A DNA stretch of 63,871 bases from Aplysia californica (Eukaryota): contig NW_004797997.1 in assembly GCF_000002075.1 (NCBI RefSeq), positions 193,388-257,258 on the forward strand. The letters are read 5' to 3'. The notes below the pieces were generated by a model, which searched no databases, was not told the origin of the DNA, and saw only the letters and a list, made by a program, of their open reading frames with translations. The stretch's first letter is position 1. Each line of letters starts with the position of its first letter. Positions 26,465 through 37,435 of this stretch are shown piece by piece. The translations under genes and the position numbers were made by a program.

Positions 26465-26893
26465 CTGAAACATGGTCAAAGAAAATTATTATTAATAAAT
26501 GACATTTTAACACTTATAGAAAGTACTACATATATCTGGGAAAGACCAAACCAAAATTATTTCAGTGCCAAATATTATAAACGACTTTAACAAAGCATTA
26601 AGCACTTGAAAAATAAAAACAAACTATTTGTTGCTGCTTCCCAGGAGATATTTTGGCCAATAAAACAGTTTTTAAAAGGTAACGAATAACATTAAAAATC
26701 CTACTAAATCAGTGAGATCCTCTGTTAGACACATTGAAGACATAGCAAGAGGAGAGCATGTAGCCCTCAAGTTAGAGCTCAGAAGAAAGAGGGAGAAACA
26801 ACAGAAAGGAGAGATTAAATACCTAAGCCAACATGACGCATTCGCATGCGAATGTAAAGGTTAATAGGGGCAAACCGTTTAACCATTAGATGG

Positions 26894-27115
26894 TGGCCTC
26901 GGTGGTCTAGTGGTTAGGCTACCAGACAGGTAATCGTGAGATTGCGGGTTCGGGGGTTCGAGCGTCAGTCAGCTCGGTCCGACCTTGTGTCTTTGGGAAA
27001 GACACTTTTCTAGAATTTCTCTTTTGGATCGGTCCTTTTGGAGATGGACGTTGAACTCGGAGGTCCCGACTCTTAAATAACCTAACAGTGTTGACAGGGG
27101 CGTTAAAACACTACC
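26894..27115 (+). mobile_element. tRNA-derived SINE with a family-B head and a different 3' half
   Basis: Head nearly the same as 13575-13660 (gtggttaggctacc..gtaatcgtgag..ggttcgggggttcgagc). Confidence 0.7.
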
Positions 27116-27563
27116 ATTTCACCATTTTTATAGTCATTAGATGGATTGCACTTTCTACAGCAGTGCAGTGTAGTTGTATGTATATCCCAACCCACTTTGG
27201 GGAAAGCTTAATTTTAATTAAGTTAATGTTTTATAAATTACATATATACACATTGCACACAAAGACGCACACACACGCACAAATACACACACACATATAC
27301 ATATGCACACGCACACACTCACTCTCTCTCTCACACACACATACACACACACACAAATACATATACATACANNNNNNNNNNNNNNNNNNNNNNNNNNNNN
27401 NNNNNNNNNNNNNNNNNNNNNNNNNNNNNNNNNNNNNNNNNNNNNNNNNNNNNNNNNNNNNNNNNNNNNNNNNNNNNNNNNNNNNNNNNNNNNNNNNNNN
27501 NNNNNNCACTGTCAAACTGAAAATGTGGTTGTCTGAAAAGGTCTCTCATAAGAAAATACGCAC

Positions 27564-27809
27564 CGGAACAAAGAGGAGTGACAATGGTGTGAGACAGCTG
27601 TCCCAGCCCCTCGAAGTCCATGACCTCGATCATGTTGTCCTGGATGGGCTGGGAGGCCATGCCCCTCAGCTCGGTGTTGTCTTCCAGGCCGATAGCCACG
27701 GTGATGATGGTGGTGCCCATGTTCTTGATGAGGCGGGCCTCGGGAATTGTTTCCTCGTGGTTCACGTTCGAGTGGCCGTCAGTCACAATGACCAGCAGGT
27801 TGGGCACAT
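27564..27809 (-). CDS. VWA-g exon 3 (DVPNLLVIVTDGHSNVNHEETIPEA...TPLCS)
   Basis: 246 nt, phase 1 to 1. Confidence 0.92.
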
Positions 27810-28645
27810 CTGAAGTAGTATAACAAAGCAATATGTTTGGACAAAAGTTACCTAATGTGACTTATAACTAAGCTACCAACCTGCATCTGTGGTGTATCAG
27901 TTAGGTGCGTAATTGATTCCCGAGTGGGGAGAATTTTTATTGAGTATCTCTGCCTTTCTGTTGGGATGTTTTATCCCTCCAAACCAGTGCTGCCCATGAA
28001 AGGCATGGTTGAATCCCTATTCCAATATTATGAACAAGACTTCATTTTAGTCGACGAGGGTGTAGAAATACAAACTCTGCAATGTGACCACCCTTAACCC
28101 TCTGTCTAAATTTACCGTTCAAGTTCCCCCTCGCACGATGTCTCCAACGACAGCTTTTCTTTCTAACTACAGCTTAGAGAAGACACAGAACTGGAATGGA
28201 GAACAACTCATAAAGACGAGCATTCGCATTGCATGGCATGGGACCTATTGCTTATACTGGACAAACAGTCACACAGTCATTCAAGGTCTATAACACAGAA
28301 AATATTAAAAGGCTCTCTCTATTCCCTTTGCAAGTACACTGTGCCATATGCATCAACTTCTACTCATGTCGAAAAGTCACACTCCCTTTCTAATCAAGGC
28401 TAGATGCTCGTTGGTAAATCAAAGGTGTGATAGATACGCTTGAGTAGGAAGGAAAAAGTAGATGCCTGCAATATATTTCATAAGACCCCAAAATGTGAAG
28501 ACGCTTAGAGCAGGAGACATGATGAGAGTTCTTCATCAAAGAATAACAGACAACACACATCTGAACACAGAACAAATATAGAGGCTAAACGGGAAATAGA
28601 TATTAAAGACTAGCAAACAAGTTAGAACAACACTTGATGACCAAC

Positions 28646-28809
28646 CTGGTCTGTCTCCATTGCGAGATACGAACATCTCAGTACGAATTCGTCTCAAAGC
28701 CTCGGCGGTGTGTGTGTAGCCATACACGTAAGGCATACGCTGCAATGCATTGAAAATGTCTTGCTTGGTGTCGTGCGTGTTCAGCTGGAACTCAATGCGT
28801 GCAGTGTCA
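28646..28809 (-). CDS. VWA-g exon 2 (SDTARIEFQLNTHDTKQDIF...YVYGYTHTAEALRRIRTEMFVSRNGDRP)
   Basis: 164 nt, phase 2 to 1. Confidence 0.9.
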
Positions 28810-29629
28810 CTGTCGAGAGAAGTTTGTAGGTGCCTCTTAAATCACAACTAAAATTATTCCATGATTTTAACATGAATTCAATAGGCTCAATGGCTTTAAC
28901 TTGGGACCAACCTATGATTTTTGGGCCATTCCATGAAACGTGTTATACGTAACGCATAGATGATGACCTACTGAAAAAATGTCTAAGCTCTAGTAGGACG
29001 ATTCTTAACTCTTTTTAGTTGGATGCAACCTGCCCTGCACTATGTGTGCTACCATTCATGAATTACTCATTTAGAGGTCGATACACATTGACGTATCATT
29101 TGTAAAAACACACAATATGCATCTTTGGCTTAATGCTGTGGTCCAGTCCAGTTAATTTTAGTTGGGTTTAAGTAAAAGAAACAGCAATTTGGCATACTGG
29201 CAAATCCACCCCCCCCCACCAAAATGCATGTTTTCCACTCCAAGAAGAAAAGAACAAATAATGTTATTATTTGGTACATAACACGGATCTGACACAAGAA
29301 TCTCAAATTGTACACAAACTTCCTACCAAAGACAAATCTAAACATACGACACATATTCAGCGAAACAAGTCCATGTACAACCAACATTAGCCTCATTCTC
29401 AGCACCTCAGTATTATCATTGTTGCCATCCTCATCATCATCATCTTTATTGTTGCAAAAATAATCAAATTTCCTTTTTCTTGTTTTGTATTTCTTAAAGC
29501 ATAACCATTTCTGCCACGTTGGCACATTTTAAAGTAACTTTCAAATATCGGCGCCAAATAAAGATACGGGACCAAAAGAAAAAAACCCACCAAAAAACAA
29601 AAAACAAAAAAACAGGTCCATGCACAAAC

Positions 29630-29786
29630 CTGAAAGTCATGACTCCAACCCTAAATAGACCACTATCAATTTCCAAGTCTTTCACTGTGTTGAATGTGAA
29701 GTTTCTCATCAAGGCATAGTTGTACTCTCCCACGCTACCCGATGTATCCAGCAGGAAGATGACGTCAGCCTTTGACTTGCAGTCAC
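29630..29786 (-). CDS. VWA-g exon 1 (GDCKSKADVIFLLDTSGSVG...FRVGVMTF)
   Basis: 157 nt, phase 1 to 2, MIDAS DTSGS. Confidence 0.92.
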
Positions 29787-30298
29787 CTGGATACAACAGG
29801 GGGGGGGGGGTACCCTTATTTACAATCACATCTCAAGCAGTGAATTATGTCCAATCCTTAAAGTAACTCCTCGCCCCCCAAAAGGCTTTTGGGGCGACAC
29901 CGAAAAACAAACCCAAAGAAAGAGGATCATAGAAATACAGTTAGTTTACAGCCAGTAGATAATATTCTCAAGTATAACAACTTTTACGAAACGACAGCAA
30001 CAAAACCATTCCAATTGGAGCCGAAAAATGGAGAAAAAAACCCGTGTCTCACTACATTATTATCTAGTACGTATACCATTTATTACAACTCAAGCCATTA
30101 CTGAGCCCAATGCTAGGATAAAAGACAACAAATAAGGACTTCACTATCAGAAAGGGTTGGCCTATAATCCCAGAAAGGAAAAGGCTGTCTAGAATCAAGG
30201 GTTGAATCAAAAATAAAACTGTCAGCGACTATGTTCAACTGTTTTAGTTAGTTCTATTGAGATGATAAAAAACAGAAACATCATTGTAATAAACTTGC

Positions 30299-30376
30299 CA
30301 GTGTAGGGGACGACAGGACGTCTTGTAGTCGTGGTGGTTGTTGTGGTTGTTGTGGGTCGGGTAGTTGGTGGTGGTG
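30299..30376 (-). CDS. Thr-rich linker exon (APPPTTRPTTTTTTTTTTRRPVVPYT) ending at a GC donor
   Basis: 78 nt, phase 1 to 1, tttcag acceptor, donor G|GCAAGT. Confidence 0.8.
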
Positions 30377-30698
30377 CTGAAACAATACGGTAAGAAACAA
30401 TCAGATAAATAAAGTATAATATTATATAAAGAACAAAAGCTATAACAATAGTATTTGCATCATTTCTTCCTGTGAGACAAACTTCTCAACACTAAACCAA
30501 GACCAACAAGTTGCTTTTACATTCACCCCCCTCCCCCACCACCAATAAACAACAACAAACACATTAAAAAACCCACCCTCCCCCACCCCTAAAAAAATCC
30601 CAACAAACAAACAAGCAAAAACAACAACAGCAACACCATCATCAACAACAACAGAGAGCAACCTCTTTCAGATGTAGGTCTCCAAATGTAGTGCCCAC

Positions 30699-30914
30699 CT
30701 CTATTCATTCTGTACAGATATATTCCTGGAACTTCTCCCATCTCCTCTGGGCTGTTGATGATGGTTCTGAATGCGTCAGTAGGTTTGGAGCTGATCTCAT
30801 CTATGTCAGTGGTATCTCTAAAGTTTAGGCCGATAGTGTACACATCAGTGCCAAGATCCTTCAGTCTGTTTGCAGCGCCATAACTACGTTCAGAGTTCAA
30901 ATATTTCTCATTTC
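30699..30914 (-). CDS. VWA-f exon 3 (GNEKYLNSERSYGAANRLKDLGTDVYTIG...YLYRMNR)
   Basis: 216 nt, phase 1 to 1. Confidence 0.88.
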
Positions 30915-31282
30915 CTGAAAGACAAACAAAGACACAGCAATACATCATTAATAACATTAAATGTGTATTTCAAAGAGAATGCTTCCTTTCTTGTATCCAG
31001 TCCTTTAATAGAATAAAATGCTGGCCTTCTGTGGAGGTCTGTAAGTGAATCTCAGACAAAACAATAATAATGAGCTGAAGAAAATGTTTCCTTCCTCTCA
31101 TGAAAAGACAGGAAATTTGAACACCTAAAACACGTAGGATCTAAATAAAATAGCAAGAGCACAGGAGACGTTTTGTCACTCAGCATAAAGGCAGTTCCTA
31201 CAAAACCAAGTGCTCATATAGTATTTCTGTTTGTCCTTTTTTAAGCCAGTGATTACAACATGTCTGTCCTGGAGAATTTAAA

Positions 31283-31818
31283 GGGGGCTCTCGTGGCCTA
31301 GAGGTTAAGGTGTTCGCCTCTCGATCAAAGGTCCCGGGTTCGAATCCGGGTAGCGATGGACAAATTTTCTTCAGTAAAATGTTCTCCTTTCACATCTATT
31401 CCTGCTCTCTCACAATGTCCTGTCATTGCTTTCGTGTGCACTTTCTTACGCAGCTTTCTCACCTCCTTTGCCCCCTCCTATAGGCCCCTGACTCTTTCTG
31501 TAGCCTTTCTACTGCTATTCCTTGGCTCCTCCTTACTGTTGTCTTTCAGCCACATCCCTGTTCTTAGTTAAGAAAGATCTACACCTAGCCTTCTCGGACA
31601 GGAGCGAAAAATATCAGAGGTCCCGTGTGCAAGTTGCGCACGTTAAAGATCCCTTTGAGGTCCTAAATCGACAAGAGTAGGCTTAGGCCGAAACTCGGGC
31701 AAAATTAAAAATTTCCTTCCAACTGAAAATGTTAAATGTGTTTCGTACATTCGTTTGACCTTATGCAGTCGTGAGCACTGTAAAACACTAACGAAAAAAT
31801 ACAAAAGAAAAAAAAAAG
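31283..31818 (+). mobile_element. tRNA-derived SINE, family A (Deu/Nin-like central domain), A-rich tail
   Basis: A box TGGCCTAGAGG, B box GGTTCGAATCC, central GAGGTCCCGT..ACGTTAAAGATCCC..AAGAGTAGG. Confidence 0.8.
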
Positions 31819-32127
31819 AATGCGAATCTCAACTGTACTATGCTCCTCTGGAAACCATGAATGTTTCTAAGCGTTCTTCTACTAGATGTTGACATGTTTT
31901 ATTGCACATAGTTATGCGTTATATACAATGCTTTTTATAATTTATTATTACCTTATTTATTATTAACTCAACAAAAGCATAAAAAATAACATTTACACGG
32001 TACGTAATTCAAAATAACGAAGCAACTCAAGATATTTCATATACATTTGTAGATCATGTTTAGTTTATGCCTTTTAGCAATAAACGTGTTTTGTGTCCGA
32101 AAACTGCCTACTCTATTGTTCAATAAG

Positions 32128-32338
32128 ACATATTATCTGTATGAAGAACAACATAGTTTCAATATGACATGCCTGTACGAAGAACAGCATAGTTTAATTG
32201 TGACATACCTGTAAGAAGAACGACATACTTTCAATATGACATACCTGTAAGAAGAACGACATAGTTTCATTGTGACATACCTGTAAGAAAAACGACATAC
32301 TTTCAATATGACATACCTGTAAGAAGAACGACATAGTT
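32128..32338. repeat. About 6 x 36-bp tandem repeat overlapping the VWA-f exon-2 donor
   Basis: Units start at about 32128, 32167, 32203, 32239, 32275 and 32311 (acatacctgtaagaagaacgacata..). Confidence 0.9.
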
Positions 32339-32483
32339 CCTAGCCCGAGGCCTGTCTCCCTGTCGTGAAGTGAACATGGAACGTCTCACGTAATCGAAGG
32401 CACCACCGACATCGGGCCTACGGGTGCTGGGGGAGTTCCCCATTTTGCCAATGCCAGCAATGATCTCATCCTTGAAGTTGTAT
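32317..32483 (-). CDS. VWA-f exon 2 (RYNFKDEIIAGIGKMGNSPSTRRPDVGGAFDYVRRSMFTSRQGDRPRARNYVVLLT)
   Basis: 167 nt, phase 2 to 1, donor GTATGT. Confidence 0.88.
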
Positions 32484-33427
32484 CTGTGAAAACGGAGAAC
32501 TCACGAATAAGTTCATGCGCTAATACTAGGTAACTAGCAACTCCGTCTTTCACAAACACACACACAAACACAGAAGAAGCTTTATAACCTTTTTTATCCT
32601 CCGCACAGTTAAGATTTACCATCTCTCAAAAGGCATCAGATATACTACTTCTGCAGGTTAGAGCTCCAACAATACACTTTTATGTGCAAACATGTTTAAA
32701 GTATTAATAGTCAAAGCAAGCGGTTTTGTATGTAGAAGCGAAGTGAATTCTATACTCTGCAATATGCAGACATTCAGTCTCCCAAAGACGGGTTACCTGC
32801 TTTGTAAACGAGTAAAGTGAAGATCATATTGAGAACGTAGCAAAAGCACACACAAAGTAACGTAAATTAATCNNNNNNNNNNNNNNNNNNNNNNNNNNNN
32901 NNNNNNNNNNNNNNNNNNNNNNNNNNNNNNNNNNNNNNNNNNNNNNNNNNNNNNNNNNNNNNNNNNNNNNNNNNNNNNNNNNNNNNNNNNNNNNNNNNNN
33001 NNNNNNNNNNNNNNNNNNNNNNNNNNNNNNNNNNNNAAGTAACACGAAGTTAAGTAAATAAAGCCAGGCAAAGTAAAGTAAAGTAAAATGGTTTTGGAAC
33101 CCCTTACGATAATGCTAAATTATTTGACAGGCGTGACCTCCGAATATAAACACAAATCCGAAAGGACTGAGCCAAATGAGTTAGGAGCCTTGAAACCTCC
33201 GCAAAACGATCAGTCCAAGGTCACCCAACATGGTATTCAAACCAGGGCCATCTGCTCTGCTGTCCAACATAATACCAACAGAGCTAACAGAGGGCAGTCT
33301 CGTCTCCCTATTGGTATCAATATCAAGTGCCAGATCTGTCTTTATGTCTGGTCAAGTGTTCTAGAAACTACTATTTTTTAATTTGTTGTCTTTTCCTGAT
33401 TCTTTTTCCAAAAGTTATACCACCAAC

Positions 33428-33611
33428 CTGTTGAGTTGGAAACTTGGGCGAGATCTGGAATCAAAAGTCATGCTACCAACACGCCAGTCTCCTGTGTCAA
33501 TGTCAATTTGTTCAGTGAAGTCTGTCACAAAAGTCTTCATCCAGTCGAATGTCTCGTCATTGACAGATGAGTCCAGCATGAAAATGATATCAGTGCCAGT
33601 CTCTTTGAACT
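33428..33611 (-). CDS. VWA-f exon 1 (QFKETGTDIIFMLDSSVNDETF...FQLNR), degenerate MIDAS
   Basis: 184 nt, phase 1 to 2. Confidence 0.9.
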
Positions 33612-33795
33612 CTGGAAAAGAATTCAGCAAAGGAAAACAAAATTCAAACTGAAGTTTGATAAAGACATTTATTATGTATGTGTGACATTGAAACAGATCT
33701 AACCCCTTGTCAAAGGAATAGATGGCTGTCTATCTGGTTAGGGTGAACATGTAAAAAGCACATAGGTATACCATGTGAGTTCATTATTATTGTCG

Positions 33796-33835
<40 letters not shown>

Positions 33836-34038
33836 GGTTATCATAATGTACACATTGTTGAAGCAAGACGAATTATCAAAATAGAACTAATCTTTTAAAC
33901 ATTTTCGTACTCCTAGTAAAGCAGTGTCAAACGAAGATAAGAACATGAGCAACCGTAGAGTAGAGTAACAAATTACGTATTTTCACATTAATTTAGCTGT
34001 GTATTTTAAGAAGACAACAATATAAAGTATGTTCTCAC

Positions 34039-34137
34039 GAGGAATTCTCCTTGGTGTCGTGGTTCTACGGGTCGTGGTTGTAGTTCTGCGTGTGGTTGTC
34101 GGCCTGCGAGTGGTCGTGGTGGTGGTGGTTGTTGTGG
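34039..34137 (-). CDS. Thr/Arg-rich mucin-like exon (ATTTTTTTTTRRPTTTRRTTTTTRRTTTPRRIP)
   Basis: 99 nt, phase 1 to 1, mixed Thr codons (not a simple repeat), donor GTGAGA. Confidence 0.85.
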
Positions 34138-37100
34138 CTGAGAACAGAAGACGTTTACAAATTCAGGCACACAACATTTTGGACACTATCGAGGACAAAA
34201 CACGTTCTTGTCCTTTACAGAGTTGACGTGTATAATAGAAATGTAAAACTTCAAAATGATACACGGTTGTACAGTTCTACAGAAGATTCAAAAGCAACCA
34301 ATATACTAAGATAACCAGTTATAAAAGGAACACATTTGTCATTCATCGGAGATCAGCGACAGCAAAACGCAGAACCGAATTTCGGTATTGAAACACCCAG
34401 ATTTACTTTTTCTACAATGTCAAGATCTTCAGAATATTATTATGTTCTGTACAGGCCTGCAATACCTTCAGCCAGAATCACTCAATACCATAGATTATAA
34501 AGCAAAAGTATAGATTTACTACTCTGTTCTACTCTGCAAAGTGAAAATAATATTGATGATTTACGAGCGCAGATCCTAAGTACCAACCAGAATTGCAAAT
34601 CAAGTTCAAAATAGTTCCGTAGTAGCAAAAATACATTCATGATAGAAACATTTATGCTAAATTTACAAAATCATTACATGTACCACATGCCTTCAAAGAG
34701 TATCGCGAATAGCATTCCTTCAAATACATAGAGACAAAGGAGTGATAAGACGCCAGCCAAGGTTTTTTCATGACAAAAGAAGTTGAAATGTTACCATGAA
34801 CAACTGCTCGAATTTGTAACGATGCCCCCCCCCCCCAACAGACACAAAACCCCAAACAAACAGGTAATTCAATATTTCGCCTTTTAAATCTTGTTCCCCA
34901 TAGAATATATAAATAAATAAATAAATAACTAGTATGTATGTATGTATTACCTCTTAATTTGCCTGTCCCAGACTAACACAACACCAAACAGGGAATTCAA
35001 TATTTCGCCTTTTGGAACTTCCCCATATTATTATTACCTAATATCTTTGTATGCCCTCTTCCTTTGCCTATCTCAGACTCTGCTGTCAGACATCTCAGCT
35101 GTATCTACTGTCTCCTTCAGTCATTCAGACTGTTTTCTTTACTCTGACCTTCATTTATCTTCACTAAATACACCCTCAAGTATCTTTCTTATCTTAAAAA
35201 ATATTACAGTATTTAAAAAAAAGACTGACAGATGAACTTCCCTGTCAACAAGTCGAATGCATCAAGTATTGTTTTTATTGCTCATGACGGGTAAAAATAA
35301 AAGGAACTATTATTCTTATCATTAGATAAGAATGTGCAGATAATCAACATGCCAAAATTCATTGGTGCAGGGCTCCATAAATACGTCATAGACATGTATT
35401 TTTATACGTACCCTTCATACTTAAGTATGTATGTCCGTGTGCATGTGTGAGTAGGTGTGTGTGTGTGTGTGTGAGTGTTTATACTCATATTAATGTATAC
35501 ACGTATATTCCATTGGGCCTGTATATTATTTATCTGTGCATGTGTATGTGTGTGTATAGTTGAGTGTGAGTGTGTATACTTATATTCTTTCCGGTCTGTA
35601 TATTATTTACGTATGCATGTGTATGTGTGTGCGTGTTTGTGTGTGAGTGTGAGTGTGTGAGTGTGTGTGTTTGTCTNNNNNNNNNNNNNNNNNNNNNNNN
35701 NNNNNNNNNNNNNNNNNNNNNNNNNNNNNNNNNNNNNNNNNNNNNNNNNNNNNNNNNNNNNNNNNNNNNNNNNNNNNNNNNNNNNNNNNNNNNNNNNNNN
35801 NNNNNAAACATCGTCCAAATGTGGATTTTAAGTCAGTGTTTCTAAATCATCCGGCAAACACAACTTGTGTATTATGTTTAACAAGATTAAATTACTGTGG
35901 AAAAAATTCATTCGTTCATTCAATCATTCATTCATTCATTCATATATTCATTCATTCATATATACTTTCATTCAGTTACTCATTCACTTATTCATTCATT
36001 CATTCATTATTTAAAAGTGACATAATGTAGCAGTTTTCATGCAACAAAAGTGTTAAAAATGAAAACAGTAAACAAAAAAATATTCTTTTAGGAAAACACT
36101 GGTGAATTGTCTCCTAGCCTACGACTTTAAAAGCATTCAAATGGTGAATAGGGTAAAGCAACAAAGTTGAGATGTCTTTATATATTTTTTAAAAAAATAG
36201 AAAGAAACATTCCCTGGGGATAAGTATATTATTATGTGCAAATAATAAATAAGAAAACAAAAGTTGAAGCATTATAAAAGTTAAATGAAGAAATAATAAT
36301 ATGTGAAAACAAAGCCCCTATCACAAACAAAATCNNNNNNNNNNNNNNNNNNNNNNNNNNNNNNNNNNNNNNNNNNNNNNNNNNNNNNNNNNNNNNNNNN
36401 NNNNNNNNNNNNNNNNNNNNNNNNNNNNNNNNNNNNNNNNNNNNNNNNNNNNNNNNNNNNNNNNNNNNNNNNNNNNNNNNNNNNNNNNNNNNNNNNNNNN
36501 NNNNNNNNNNNNNNNNNNNNNNNNNNNNNNNNNNNNNNNNNNNNNNNNNNNNNNNNNNNNNNNNNNNNNNNNNNNNNNNNNNNNNNNNNNNNNNNNNNNN
36601 NNNNNCAAATAACAAAAAACCAAACCAAACCAAACCAACCCAAAACAAAACAAAAACAAATACATTTACTCCCCAAATCATAAAAAGGGCTATTTGTTAA
36701 CTAATAATATAATGATAAAACCAGTATCTGCGTGTGTTGTGGTAAAGCAGGTTAACATGAACAAATAAAACATAATGTGAGAAGTGTGTCTGAACAATTC
36801 CTGAGTGCAAAATGGCATAAATAAAAAGGTGCTTCATTAATAAAAATAAACGGGCATAGTCCTTCTTGCAGTTAGCTGTGAAATCAAATTACCATGTCAT
36901 TTGTGGGGATCAATCAGAAAGCATTGTAAACATGAATAAAGTGTTTTGTAAAGTCATCATAAGCACATTTTTCTTCAACTTGATGTGCCTACGGTCATGC
37001 ATAATTGTTTCGTCAGTTGACAGAAAAGCAGAGTAATGATTTGTGACCTTTGGCAAGCCCCTAGAACCAGGGGAACGTTGCCGACATTACTGCAAAGTCA

Positions 37101-37249
37101 TGAACATTAAACGTGGGGGCATAATAACGTTATTATTGTGGTGTGGTATGCAGAACTGTAAAAAGCGCAGTGGGTGGTAGACTATAGCTACAAGCTGGAG
37201 GCAAATATTCTGGGATCAAAGGAAGGCTGGGGGAGGGAAGGGGGGTAAC

Positions 37250-37435
37250 CTCTTGTTGTAGTTCTTCTCGTCGATGGTCTTGTAGGTCTTGGTGTTGTTG
37301 CTGGTTTTGGGGTCGTCGTTGTCGTCGTTGCTGTTGTTGGCCGGGTTGTTGTCGTCGTGGTTGTTGTTGTTGTTGTTGTTTGTGGTGGTCGGGGTGGTGT
37401 TGTAGGAGCAGGGGTAGGGATAGGGGTCGTTGTCT
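37250..37435 (-). CDS. Thr/Pro mucin-like exon (TTTPIPTPAPTTPPRPPQT12RPTTATTTTTTPKPATTPRPTRPSTRRTTTR)
   Basis: 186 nt, phase 1 to 1, open frame, TAG acceptor, weak donor GTTACC. Confidence 0.8.

Noticed and set aside
31283-31355. tRNA gene (also 12735-12808, 13575-13660, 26894-26965)
   Set aside because: A and B boxes are present but continue into shared SINE bodies and tails, and no intact cloverleaf is evident.
33790-33838. (GTT)n tract as a poly-Thr exon (also 25843-25920)
   Set aside because: Simple microsatellites without flanking splice sites, unlike the mixed-codon Thr exons.
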